The translations under genes and the position numbers were made by a program. 64,000 nt of DNA, taken from Octopus bimaculoides. Lineage: Eukaryota. Shown in pieces: positions 27,910-40,052 of this stretch. The notes under the pieces are model-generated. The model did no database searches, had not been told where the DNA came from, and saw only the letters and a program-made list of their open reading frames with translations. Location of the stretch: positions 28,897,299 through 28,961,298 of the forward strand of contig NC_068998.1 of the NCBI RefSeq assembly GCF_001194135.2. Reading direction: 5' to 3'. The stretch's first letter is position 1. The number at the start of each line of letters is the position of its first letter.

Positions 27910-27954
27910 GTAATGGAGTGATGGAGTAATGGAGTGATGGAGTAATGGAGTGAT
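27910..27954. repeat. 16-bp tandem repeat GTAATGGAGTGATGGA x2.8
   Basis: Seen directly. Confidence 0.9.
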
Positions 27955-28185
27955 CTGGCATCAAGTTTCCAGTCAAAAAGATGAGAGTCAGCTGGAGCCC
28001 ATAAATGAACAACTGAGTAAAAGGATATACCAGATGCATTTAAAGATTTTCTTGTTGCAACAAGATAACTTTTGCCAAGGTTCTCAAAAACAAAATACTA
28101 CAGGTATGTAAAATAGAAGGGAAAATTTCAGTCTATTTTATGAATGGAAATAACAGTAACAAGCATTTAATAGAGAGAGAGAGAC

Positions 28186-28240
28186 TCCAGGTGATAAAAT
28201 GTGCAATGTCCAGGTGATAAAAGTGCAATGTCCAGGTGAT
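28186..28240. repeat. 22-23-bp tandem repeat TCCAGGTGATAAAA(T)GTGCAATG x2.4
   Basis: Seen directly. Confidence 0.9.
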
Positions 28241-28479
28241 ACCATTTGTTTCCAGCTTTGAGAAACTAGAATTTTCTGTTTGTCTGTCTCTTTTTTTTTT
28301 GGTGGGGTGGGTGGGGTAGGTATAACATCCAGTTTGACACCAACTCCTGGACCATGCAGGTTTTTTTTGTAGAGTTCCCTCTGTTGTAAGTTTTTGGATT
28401 AGGCTCCAAGTAGGATGTTATTGGAGTTTAATAACTCCTACTACACTATCCTAGATGCCAAAAACTAAAACTAACCCCA

Positions 28480-29290
28480 GTGAATAAACCTCTCATCTCT
28501 TTTCTAACATTTGTGAACTCTAACCAATTCAGCTCCCACTTACAAGCACCTCTTACAAGCACATAAACCACATATCCTATTCTTCACAAATTTCTCAGCC
28601 ATCATCTATTGCCCATCTGCACTCACTCAGGTTATATGCACTTTACTTTTCACACTCACTGGTGGTGTCTGTGTCTGTGTAAATTCCATTCTTTTTGTCA
28701 CTAACATGTTTCATCTAGATATCCTTAATAAAAATGTCTGGCTATTCTGGCTCAAAGCTTCCTTCCCCGACTCTTCTGAATACATCTGCTTCCTCTGCTG
28801 CTCTTTGAACTCCTCCAAATACTTCTAATCTTACCTGCAAGTGCAATGTCTACCAATCCATCACCATTCTCTGCCCCTATTGGATCATTTGACTACTGCC
28901 TTATTATGACTACCCACCATACATGCAATAAAAACTACACAATGCCTTGCCTCTTTCCCTCACCCAGTGCTTGGAGCTCCTCTATTTCCAAGTTAACCAC
29001 CTTCAGCATCACATGTGACTTCACTCTTGAAACACCTGACCAGGTGACTGAAACTATTCTCCTAGAATGTACTTCCACATACTGCACAGAACAAAACTCA
29101 TGGCCCAAAGTTCCCAGAATGCTTCACTCATACCTGTGCTACAGCACTTCATGACTCAGAATGATTGTACAAAATCACTCGTCCGCCCAAGCTAAATGGT
29201 TCTTACTCAGCACCATGACTCTTGCACAACCACCATCCAAACCACAAAGAACTCCTTGCACAGTACAAGAGCATTCCTGCTCCCTTCCCG
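28480..29290 (+). mobile_element. Decayed CR1/L2-like LINE, APE endonuclease region
   Basis: Fragments FSNICEL, KPHILFFT and SAPIGSFDYCLI resemble NIRGL...LLxLTET and PLGSSDHxLI motifs. Confidence 0.55.
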
Positions 29291-29893
29291 AACAGGAGTA
29301 GACTGTTTTGGTCCTTTGTCTAAAAAGACCCAATCATAATAATTTCCCAATCATAATAGTTCTGTATGAAGAATTGTCTTACAGGGATAGCCTTCACTCA
29401 TGCTGCACAATTTGCCCAGGTTGCTTAGTTCCACATTGCACAAGTACTATCATTCATATACACATATTAAGTGGAAAAAAAACTCTAGTCAATTCAAACC
29501 AACAAGTAGTGGATGTTAAACAATGATGATGATGATGATGATGATGATGATACCCATATATAATATGTCCTGACTGAACTCTTCAATCTGTCTCTCTCTC
29601 TCTCTGTCTCTCTCTCTCTCTGTCTCTCTCTCTCTCTGTCTCTCTCTNNNNNNNNNNNNNNNNNNNNNNNNNNNNNNNNNNNNNNNNNNNNNNNNNNNNN
29701 NNNNNNNNNNNNNNNNNNNNNNNNNNNNNNNNNNNNNNNNNNNNNNNNNNNNNNNNNNNNNNNNNNNNNNNNNNNNNNNNNNNNNNNNNNNNNNNNNNNN
29801 NNNNNNNNNNNNNNNNNNNNNNNNNNNNNNNNNNNNNNNNNNNNNNNNNNNNNNNNNNNNNNNNNNNNNNNNNNNNNNNNNNNNNNNNNNNNN

Positions 29894-29962
<69 letters not shown>

Positions 29963-30134
29963 ATCTATCTACCTATCTATCTATCCTGATTTTTCAAAAC
30001 ATGTTACAGAGTAACCTATTCTGACCCTTCTGACTCTGCTAACTATCATCCTTCCTCTTCAAAACCAGGACTCTATAATTGAGCCCATACGAGACCCATA
30101 AAGGATTATTGCTCCCATATCTAATATGGTGTTA

Positions 30135-30340
30135 ATAATGTTTTCAAATTTTGGTACAAGGTCAGAATTTTTTAGGAATGTTGATTAAATTGATCCAAGT
30201 GTTCAACTGGTACTTATTTTACGAACCCCAAAAGAATGGACAACAAAGTCAACCTTAGTGGAACCTGGGCTGAAAATGTAAACTGGAAGAAATGCCTTGA
30301 AGCATTATGTCCATAATGCTAACAATTCTGCCTGCTTACC
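30135..30340 (-). mobile_element. Degraded SINE, same family as 33728-33930
   Basis: Reverse complement carries GATAAAATAAGTACCAGTTGA-like and CCTTGTACCAAAATTTGAAA motifs. Confidence 0.65.
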
Positions 30341-31055
30341 ACCTTTTTCTTCAAACTAACAATAATCCTTTCTGCTATTGACACAAGGCCTGAAATTTGG
30401 GGGGAAAAGGTTAGTCAATTTTATTGACCTAAAAGGATGAAAGGCAATGATAATAAAAAAAACAAATGTATGTTTAAAATTGAATATATTTTATCACTTA
30501 GTCAAGAGGTCATGTGGTTCACATGACTCTTTATGAGAACTTTCATAGGAAAAACAACAAAAAGAGAAGAAAATATTGTCATGTCAGAGACTTGGCTCAG
30601 ACACGTGCAACAGAGTGATTAAGAAGCATCCTGTCTGATGCTCTACCAATTCCTCTAGTCTGTCAATTCCTCTAGTCTGTTTCCCTACTGTACTACCCTG
30701 TTTATAGATCCTGAGATGATGAAAAGCAAAGTTGATGTTGGAATATTCAGTGAAAATGCAAAATAAATATTATTTTCATTTGAGATGTTCAGATATTTAA
30801 AATATAATTACTTTCTTTTATATTTACATGGTGAAATATTTCTAGAAAAAAAAAATGAACAAAAAGAAATCTAGAAAAAGAAATATTCTTGTACTCTTTG
30901 AATTTTTTTCTATATTTCAGAAATATTTGTTATTTTTCTGGTCTTCTGTTTCTAACAATTCATTTGAAGTATTGTGTATTATTCTTTATAGTATGTTGTT
31001 TTGAATAATGAATTGTCTATTTATTAAACATGACATTTTTTCTCTTTCTGTACAG

Positions 31056-31076
31056 GCATCACACAGGAGAGGCAAG
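31056..31076 (+). CDS. Candidate 21-nt frame-preserving microexon, (R)HHTGEA(R)
   Basis: Long pyrimidine tract TTTTTTCTCTTTCTGTACAG and donor AAG|GTATAA; open in phase 2-2 between exons 9810-9904 and 44447-44534. Confidence 0.3.
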
Positions 31077-32180
31077 GTATAAGATATTTATGTTTATTTT
31101 AACCTTGTGTTGTAGTCCTCTCACTCCACATAACATTTTACTGACTAAATATTTTTACCTTTCATTCCTTCAATTCTGTTGTCCTACATTAACTTAACTA
31201 TGTGTGTGTATATATATATATAACATACTGGTTGTGAGAAGTTTTTCAATTGATTTGTGTACATAGGCATCATCATTGTCATCACTGCTGCCATTGCCAC
31301 CACATCCTCTGCCATAGATATGCATACCATTGTTGTTGTCAGTATTGACATTGGTGGCATCAATGCTTGTATGCCTTCATTCGCTACACAATATAGATCT
31401 GTGCATCTGGATGTGTATTTCATCCATAACACCTGCCATTTACAAATTTCCCTTCAATACTTCTTTCCTAATGGAAGTAAGACCACCCAGTGTGTGAGTT
31501 TGTCCAGATGTTTTAAAGTGTGTTCTTCATCTGTACAGCTGTGTGTGATCTTGGCTACTTGGAATAAGACATAGAGTAATTTGTTTAAGAGACATAAGCT
31601 TCCCCAAACCTTTACTTCTAGGTATTCCCTTGGATATCAGTAACTGTAGTTGCACTTTTCAACATGCTTTAACAAGGGATGTGCCAGCTGACAGGGTAAC
31701 CTCAGATTCCTGTCCTACTTGGCAGGAGTCCTCTGCAGGCAAACGCTGTCCTCTTGAATTTTCTAAAACAAATAGTATGATATTATGCAAGTGAAGCAGT
31801 GTAACAAGTTACTGTGTTATTCTCAGACCAAGGGCCTGATCAGAATGTTTACAACAGAGTTGACTTCTTAAAGGTTTTCAGTTTTCTGACAGAGATATTC
31901 AACTAAGTAACCTTTTAAGGTAGGAATAGAATTCTATTGCTTTCCTCTAAAAACAAGAAACAAAATATATGTTATCATAGTACAAAGATCAGAAGATTGG
32001 TTTTACAGAACTTGGCATCCCCTCTGCAATCTTGAGTCCTGAGTTGACTAAATATTGAAGTGGGTTGCCTCACTTTGTTTGCAATTATAGAAACTAAGTA
32101 TCACCTAGCAGGGTTTTTTACATAGTCTATAGATTTTTAAAAGATATCTAAGTGTAGGAATTCTGTGAAAGAGAGAGGGA

Positions 32181-32243
<63 letters not shown>

Positions 32244-32349
32244 AAGAAGTATAAAGACAAAATATAAGGAAAAGGAGTATTGGTAAAATTAGGTATAGTG
32301 AGCAGGTGGTGAAATATATATATGTATGTATGTATGTATGTATATGTGT

Positions 32350-32656
32350 GTGGAGGCACAATGGCCCAGAGGTTAGGGCAGCGGACTCGCAGTCGGAGGA
32401 TCACGGTTTCGATTCCCAGACCGGGTGTTGTGTGTGTTTATTGAGCGAAAACACCTAAAAGCTCCACGAGGCTCCAGCAGGGAGTGGTGGCAACCCCTGT
32501 TATACTCTTTCATATCAACTTTCTCTTACTCTTTCTTCCTGTTTCTTGAGTAACGCTGCAATGGACTGGTGTCCCGTCCAGCTGGGGGGAACACATACGC
32601 CATAGAAACCAGGAAACCGGGCCCATGAGCCTGGCTAGGCTTTAAATGGGTGCAAG

Positions 32657-32659
<3 letters not shown>
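32350..32659 (+). mobile_element. tRNA-derived SINE with a V-domain-like 3' half
   Basis: A box TGGCCCAGAGG and B box GTTTCGATTCC. The first ~196 bp are shared with 56106-56301. The 3' part contains TGCAATGGACTGGTGTCCCGTCCAG. Confidence 0.85.
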
Positions 32660-32708
<49 letters not shown>

Positions 32709-32724
32709 CACACACACACACGTG

Positions 32725-33593
32725 CGAGGTCTGATCAATAAGTATCCGGACTGTTGTCATAGTAATGAATCTAAAGCACGCAGAGTAAAGCCACTTGGCA
32801 AAATTGACCTTGACGTCTGCTGTGCATGTGCACTAAGTTTTAACATACTAGCTCATTTCCACTGTTTACAGCAGTGCTTGGAAGTGACGTGTGTAGTGTG
32901 TGATCATCACATTGACCATGATAGAGAAAATTGTCATGGTGATACCTGCTCAGAGGCCAGAAAGTGTATGGAGAAGGTGCATGAGCCACACACAAGTGTA
33001 CGAGTGGTTCAGATGTCTCCAAGATGGCTGATAGTGACGAACGTCCTGGGAGACCTGCAACCAGCAGAACTGAAAAAAACATTGCAGATATGCATGCAGC
33101 TGCAAGGGAAAATCATTGAACCACCATTCGTGAGTTATCAGATGATGTGCAGATTAGTTACAGTTCAGTTCAGTCCATTATCACTGACGATTTGGGTATG
33201 AGGTGGGTGTCTGCCAAGTTTGTGCCCAAACTGCTTTCAGCTGACCAAAGAGACACTCAGGTTTCTGTTGCACAAAATCTCTTTGATTGTGTCAAGAACA
33301 ATGAAAACTTTTTGAAAACTTTGCATAGGCCTCTGAGCAGGTATCACCAAACTTTTGGCAATATTTGATGCAGATTCTCTGCTCAACTTTCTCTGTCATG
33401 GTCAAGGCAATGAACACATGCTACATATGTTACTTCCAAGCACTGCTGTAAACAGCAGAAGTCAGCTAGTATGTTAAAACTTAGTGCACATGCACAGCAG
33501 AGTTCATGGTCAATCTGTGCGAAGCGGCTGCACTCTGCATGCTTTAGCTTCATTATTATGACAACAGTTCGGATACTTATCGATCAGACCGCA
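32725..33593 (+). mobile_element. Non-autonomous mariner derivative with long inverted arms (fold-back), copy 1
   Basis: Both ends carry the same TIR, GGTCTGATC(A/G)ATAAGTATCCG, with TG and TA flanks. The interior encodes a decayed transposase N-terminus (ISYSSVQSIITDDLGMRWVSAKFVPKLLSADQ). Confidence 0.92.
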
Positions 33594-33727
33594 TACATAT
33601 GTGTGTGTGTGTGTGTATGTACAAAGAGAGAAAGGGAGAGAGTGTGTATCTTGGGAAGGAGATTTTATCCTATAAGGAGCACATACAAAAGTTTTGTTTC
33701 ACTTATTATTATTATTATTATTGTTAT

Positions 33728-33930
33728 AAAGATGGCAGAATTGTTAGCATATCAGGCAAAATTCTTAGCAGTATTTCATCCATTGTTCTGAGTTCAAATT
33801 CTGCCAAGTTTCAAATTTGCCTTTAATCCTTTCAGGGTCAATAAAACAAGTACCAGTTGAGTATGGGTCAATTTAAACAACTCACCCGCTGCTCTGAAAT
33901 TGCTGGCCTTGTGCCAAAATTTGAAACTGT
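33728..33930 (+). mobile_element. SINE with a Meta/MESC-like central domain and (TTA)n tail
   Basis: B-box-like GAGTTCAAATTC and core TTGCCTTTAATCCTTTCAGGGTCAATAAAACAAGTACCAG. The domain name is from memory. Confidence 0.75.
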
Positions 33931-35127
33931 TATTATTATTATTACACTATTATTTAACTAGTTAACTAATTGACTAGTAGATTGCTTGATTAATCATTGA
34001 ATGAATCAAGGCACCCTTCATGACCTCATCAATGACACACCCTCATTACTCCAAATCTGTCTTATTGTCTCCCAGCTTTTATTATTTTTAGAGATGTGTG
34101 AGAGAGAGAGAGAGAGAGAGAGAGTGAGTGCGTGAGTGTGAGTGCATGCGTCCATATGTGAATGAATGTTTGGTGCATGTGGGGTGTATGTGTATTTGTT
34201 TATACCCTCTCCTCTCTTTCTGACATCTCTTCTACAAACATACCAGGCTACCAGCAACTAAAACAAAATCATTCAGCCTGTGCATACCATAGAAGATAAA
34301 TTCGTGATTTATCTCTACTTCCAGAGAAAGGAAGCAATCAACTGGTGACATAGGAGGAGAAATAATCTCAAGAATCAAGAATTCTCCAAATTCAGAATGC
34401 CATTAAAGAAAAAAATGTTCGATTGTCTGAAGTCAAACAAACGGCTGTGGACATGTGTTTCTGCCTCAGTAGACATCACTAGCACAGCAGTTGTCCTACC
34501 TTGTCTCCAGCAAACAAGATATTTAGACATACAAAAAAGAGTAGAGCAGATTTATAGCCTTGGTAATCTGCATAGTATAAAATAATATGAGCCGAGAGAA
34601 ATATTACATAGCAAGCAGTGGTTATATATTTGAACAACAAGAATGAATAAAGATGTGTGTGTGCACGTGCACACATGTGCGCCCATCTGCATGTGAATGT
34701 GATCATCATTTTTAACATCTTTCCCTCCAGCCAAGAGTTGAATAGTTTGACAAGATCCAAAAGATTAGAGGACCACATCTTGCTCAAACGTCTTAATTTA
34801 GGTGTGGTTTCCATGACTGGATGCCCTTTATAATACCAAACACGTGACAGAGTGTACTGGAATTTCATGGTACCAGCACTTGAGAAATTGTCATGGCCCT
34901 TGGCAGACTGAAGAGCCCTCTCAACACTGCAATGTCCCTTCTCATTTTGTCAACCCCTATACAGAGAGAAGTGAGTGCTTATTGCATGGCATCAGTGCAA
35001 GTGAGTTCAGTTTGTAACATGCAAGACTTTAGTCTTGCACAATTGAAAGGGGGGATTGTGATCCCCCACAACTGAAAGGGAGGATTGTAGAGAGAGATGA
35101 CTCTAAGCAATATTTTTTTTTTCATAC

Positions 35128-35345
35128 AGTAAGATGGTGAGCTGGCAAAATCGTTAGCATGCTGCACAAAATGCTTACAACACTTCATTCATCTTCACAT
35201 TGTGAGTTCAAATGCTGCTGAGGTTGACATTGCCTTTCATCCTTTTACAGTCGATAAAATAAGTGCCAGTTGAGCACTGAGTCGATGTAAGCAACTTATG
35301 CCCTCTTCTCAATATTGTTGGTCTTATGCCAAAATTTGAAACCAA
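35128..35345 (+). mobile_element. SINE, same family as 33728-33930
   Basis: GAGTTCAAATGC and TTGCCTTTCATCCTTTTACAGTCGATAAAATAAGTGCCAG. Confidence 0.8.
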
Positions 35346-35869
35346 TATTTTTTCATACAAGTTAAAGAATAAGTGGAAGGAACAGATTTATGGTTGCGGG
35401 GAGAGTAATAGAGGAAACATATTGCAAAGTAAGTAATGGAAGGGCCAGGGGAAAAGAGAAAAGAAAAAGTAGTAGCAGGGGATAATATGAGAGAGAGAAA
35501 GAGAGAGGTAAGGACGATGGTGTGGATTAGATAAAAGGAACCAGGGATTTACCAGTGATATAAAGACAAAGATGGACTGGTGGGGTGGGTAGAGAGTTGT
35601 GTGGAAGACAGAGAGGTATAAAGGTGTTGAGGAGTTGCAGAAGTTATGGAGAGAGAGTCATAGGGAAGGGAATGAGAGAAGGTTGATGAGAGTCAGACGG
35701 AAGGCTGTTGTCTTGCACACCATCTCATCATCAAGTGTGAAGTTATGGGAAGAGGGTGAAAGAAAGAGAGATGGCAATGAATGAATACAGCAAGAATTGT
35801 GAGAAAAAGAGAGGAGATGGTAGTAGTGAATGAATGAAATCAGAGCATCTCAGCCACCATCACAACCTA

Positions 35870-36645
35870 TCAAAGCGTTCTCTCTGCCATGCTTGCACAG
35901 ATGTGCGGATTTTTTCCACTGATTGTCACATTCCCTTTTGTAAGGTTCAGCATCTTGAGATTGGTTTTCATCATTTGTCTCTTTCCTTCTTAGGTCTTCC
36001 TCTTCCACAGGTACCATACTCTTTGAGTGTTTGGCATGTGTTTATGCAGCTGTCATCATTCATCCAATACACTCATTTTTCTTTGCATACTTATCTGATT
36101 CCTCTTATACACATCTTTTCACAATGGTCATATGTATTCCATCATTTATGCACATTAAAATTACACATCTACTGAAGAGGCTTGCTTCATTTTTTTGTCC
36201 TTTGCAATTCCTTACATTCATGGTTCATGTTTCACTACCTTCTAACATTGCACTTTGTAGACAAGCAGCATACCCTGTGCCTTCACTCTGAGGAAAAGGT
36301 CCTTAATAGCCAGCTTTCTATACTTTTCCTGACTCTTTCTTTCTCTAGCTTCTATGCTTTCAGAGTACCTAACCCCTCCCTCCACTAATTGGGCCACCTA
36401 AATAACAGAAACTATTGACTACTTTGAGGAAGCAGTTGAAAAAACCTATTTTCTGAATGCTCTTTACGTTTACTGCTCCTTAGCACTGGCCAAATATGAA
36501 AGCTATCTTTGCTTTGCTATTAGTCTGTCTGTGTATCCTTTGCACCTTTTGTGCTCTTCTGCATAAATGGCACAACTATTTCCTGAATGGTAGCAGAGTC
36601 CTGTCTTCTTTTCTACTTAGCATAACTTTAATCTTGGCTAAATCT
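35870..36645 (-). mobile_element. Decayed RTE-clade LINE 3' part
   Basis: Minus strand fragments LAKIKVMLSRKEDRTL and MNDDSCINTCQTLKEYGTCGRGRPKK; same type as 23765-25265. Confidence 0.7.
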
Positions 36646-36649
36646 ATTA

Positions 36650-37790
36650 TAACTATTATTTTTATCATTGTTATTTTTTTTCTTTTCTTGAGTTATTTAT
36701 GTCATGTCTCAGCTCCTACTCACAGCACTTTTCTCAGCACATCTGCTGTTCTGAATATTGCTGCCAACTGTGTACTTCCTATGAAATTTGGTATTTTTGT
36801 TTTTTTCTTTCATGCTAGAATATTGCACTTTTTGAGATGGTCCCAAGTGTACCAATCACAATAGGTATCACATTCATTTACAAGGCTCTATAGATTTGTT
36901 TCACTTCCAATGCTAGGTTTTGGTACTTCCCAACTCTCTTATCATCTGTCTTCACAATAGTATGGTCTGCAATTATAACTATGTTAATGAAGGTCTAATC
37001 TTTGGACTTCTTCCATAGAAGAGTGATATCTGGTCGGTTATGTTGCAGCTTCTTACCTGTGTATATTGGCATATCCCATGTAAGCTTCCTCAGATTATTC
37101 TCTGCTACTAGAATAAGTTGATACTTTTACCACTTGTGGAGACATTCTATCCCATATTCCTGCCTAATTCCTGAGGTATTTGCTATGCGACTTTGTCATG
37201 GTGTTTTTGCATTCCTTTTGGGCCAGTTTTGAATATTCACTAATTAGATGTCCCAGATTTTTCACATAATCTACACAATGGTGTTTCTGCTGTCTTATCA
37301 ATGCTGTACTTGATTGAGTTGGTTCGTAAAGCTTGTTCTTAAGCAGCAAGGATCAATCCTTCTCTCTCCTTCTTAATGATCTCCAACATTCTTCATCAGC
37401 TTCATCTAATGTTTGTTGGAAAAACTCTCCATGTAGGTCTATCTGTTTCCAGTTAATGATGTTTTTTTTCTTCATTGGTCCTCATTTTCTACTCTTGGAG
37501 GATCTCATCATCATCCTCCATTACTGATCACCTTCTCATTCATTGCAGCCTGCAACATTCTTTCATCACTATCTCTATGAGAGGCATGCAAGGACTTGAT
37601 CTCCTTCATAACATTATCCTCTGTTTCAGCCAGTCCTCTTCCACCTTCCTTCCTAGGTGGGTAAAGCCTTGCTATGTTACTTCTAGTATGAAGGCAGCCA
37701 TGCATGGCCATTTTCTTCCTTGTTTTTCTGTCTATATTGATCAATTTTTCCAATGTTCATCCCACAACTCACACACAGCATTATTACTAT
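36650..37790 (-). mobile_element. R4/Dong-type LINE 3' part (post-RT region, zinc knuckle, restriction-like endonuclease)
   Basis: ORF 37511-37753 gives IDRKTRKKMAMHGCLHTRSNIARLYPPRKEGGRGL. Further fragments are KRVGKYQNLALEVKQIY, VIPIVIGTLGTI and IFRTADVLRKVL*, followed by an (AAT)-rich tail. Confidence 0.88.
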
Positions 37791-38189
37791 TGCCACCACC
37801 ACAATCGTCATCATCATCATCATTGTTTTTGCTGTTGTTACTGATATTATATGTTTTGTGTGAGGCATGGACCTAAAGGCCTTCTTTCCTTTTTTTCATT
37901 CCCTTTTTATCCACACCATCATACTCTTCTCTAATGCTCTTGTGCCCTCTCTATTCTCTTGTATTGGCCTTACTGTTCTTATTTGCATACTGGCATATGT
38001 AAAGGCCTCTGTCTATTTTTGTGCTTTATTTTCGTTGAGCAATGCTGATGATTGGGACTGGTGGCATTTGTTCCTGTAATTGGGCTTTATGCTTATATAA
38101 TTGGTATCTACCAATCTCACAAAATACATGTACTTTATATAAAGCATCAACGCCAACTGTTTTCTGTATTCTCTTTCTCTCTCTCTGCA

Positions 38190-38244
<55 letters not shown>

Positions 38245-38254
38245 NNNNNNNNNN

Positions 38255-38625
38255 TTGTTTAACGTCCACTTTCCATGCTAGCATAGGTTGGACGATTTGA
38301 CTGAGGACTGGTGAAACCAGATGGCTACACCAGGCTCCAATCTGATTTGGCAGAGTTTCTACAGCTGGATGCCCTTCCTAACGTCAACCACTCTGAGAGT
38401 GTAGTGGGTGCTTTTACGTGCCACCGGCACAAAGGCCAGTCAGGCAGTACTGGCAATGGCCACACTCAAAATGGTATATTTTATGTGCTACCTGCACAGG
38501 AGCGAGTTCGGCAGCACTGGCAACAATGTTGCTCGAATGTCTTTACACATGCCATCCGGCACAAGTGCCAGGAAGGCGATGCTGGGCACAGGTGCCATGA
38601 CAATTTCGCTTCAAAATCCTGTTGC
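38255..38625 (-). mobile_element. Retroelement 3' UTR (RTE-type tail); shorter related copy at ~44030-44165
   Basis: Both begin (TTTA)ACGTCCACTTTCCATG(C/T)T(A/G)GCAT(A/G)GGTT and share TTTCTACAGCTG(G/A)ATGCCCTTCCTAA. Internal GTGCC/GGCAC sub-repeats. Confidence 0.7.
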
Positions 38626-39490
38626 ATGGCATTCTAGATGTAAGTTCTGAGCTGAGGCCAATTACAATGAGTTATGTACATTTGTGTATCAAATTCTTTG
38701 CTGACTGCTTTGGCTGACATTTTGAATCTAGTTCTTGTCTTTTTGCTTGCATTCTAGATCAAAGAAACTTAACAGCTTCATATGATTCTTTCTAACAAGA
38801 TAGAATTTTGATCGATTCTTCACATTTTTTCTCCAATCTTTCATATTTCTCTTCTCATCAGAAGTTATTAGGTTTGGTCTTGGTTCTCTCATTATTGCCA
38901 TTTTCCGTTGATGTAAAGCAATGCTATATGTCCACCCTTGTAATCATTTCTAAGCATGTTTTCATCATTTGAATATTTTAGTCTGCTAGTCCATTTCATT
39001 GTGGCTATCTTGGACTATGAATATTCTATTTGACTTGCCTCTCATAGGTAAAATTCTTAAATTGATACAATTTGTAACAAATTGTAGCTCCTGAAGTTCA
39101 GCTTGTTTGTTACTATTCTTTTTGTATACTTCATCATTATCAACAATGCTGTTAGTGCCCATATTCATATGAAGCTAAAATATTACCTCTCGTTTTTCTC
39201 TATTTGCATGACCATAAACATTAAGTTATGTTTCTTAAAAGTGATCATCGACATCTCCTTTCTGAAAACACAGTTGAAAATCATATTAGTAATGCACTCA
39301 TGTTTCTCAATTCAGTCATCTTTAGTGTGGTTAATTATTTCATTACTCTGTCAGTTTGAAACACAGTATGAATTTCTTCCTGTTTAGCATTCAACACAAG
39401 CAAATATGTTATTTATGCATGCACATGCATGTGTTCACACACACACATGCATACACATGCACACACATGCACACACACATACATATATAC

Positions 39491-39526
<36 letters not shown>

Positions 39527-39536
39527 NNNNNNNNNN

Positions 39537-39571
<35 letters not shown>

Positions 39572-39831
39572 TACTTCTTACCAAAAGTATGCATTTGTAT
39601 AGCAGGGAAAAGATGTTCATAGTGTTTTCAGCTAAGAAATAGCGTCAGTGAGGTTTGGATTTTTGAAGCAATCATAAAACAATTCAGACATAATTGTGTC
39701 AGCTATATCATTGTTATGGAGTTTATGTGTGTGTGTGTGTGCGTGTAGAAGCACTGTTTTCTAATCCTGCTTTGTTAACACCATAGATCTTTTTAATTCC
39801 TTGGTAGGTAGGTACGAATATATTTCAACAA

Positions 39832-40052
39832 TCCTTTTAATACCAACCCACCTGAGACCATCCCTCTTCTATGATACAAACTTCCTGTTTAGAGTGGTCT
39901 AAATTAAAACCTTCCATTAAAACTTTTTATGCTAAAACGCACTCCAAGCACCATCTTAATAATAACAAAATTATTTTATTGAATTCTTTATTATCTTCGA
40001 AATTAATTGAAACAAAGTCAATGATTCCCACAGAAATATGGTAACAAATGGG
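39832..40052. mobile_element. Degraded piggyBac-like MITE (~221 bp)
   Basis: Ends TCCTTTTAATAC and GTAACAAATGGG with decayed TTAA flanks. Same length and internal motifs as 42557-42777. Confidence 0.6.

Noticed and set aside
27910-28240. Short direct repeats as a possible CRISPR-like array
   Set aside because: The repeats are head to tail with no unique spacers, there are no cas genes, and the context is eukaryotic.
32350-32425. tRNA-like sequence, also at 56106-56180
   Set aside because: These are SINE heads: no proper acceptor stem, and they continue into a shared SINE body.
34325-34561. Good acceptor and coding-looking sequence
   Set aside because: All three frames hit stops before a usable donor.
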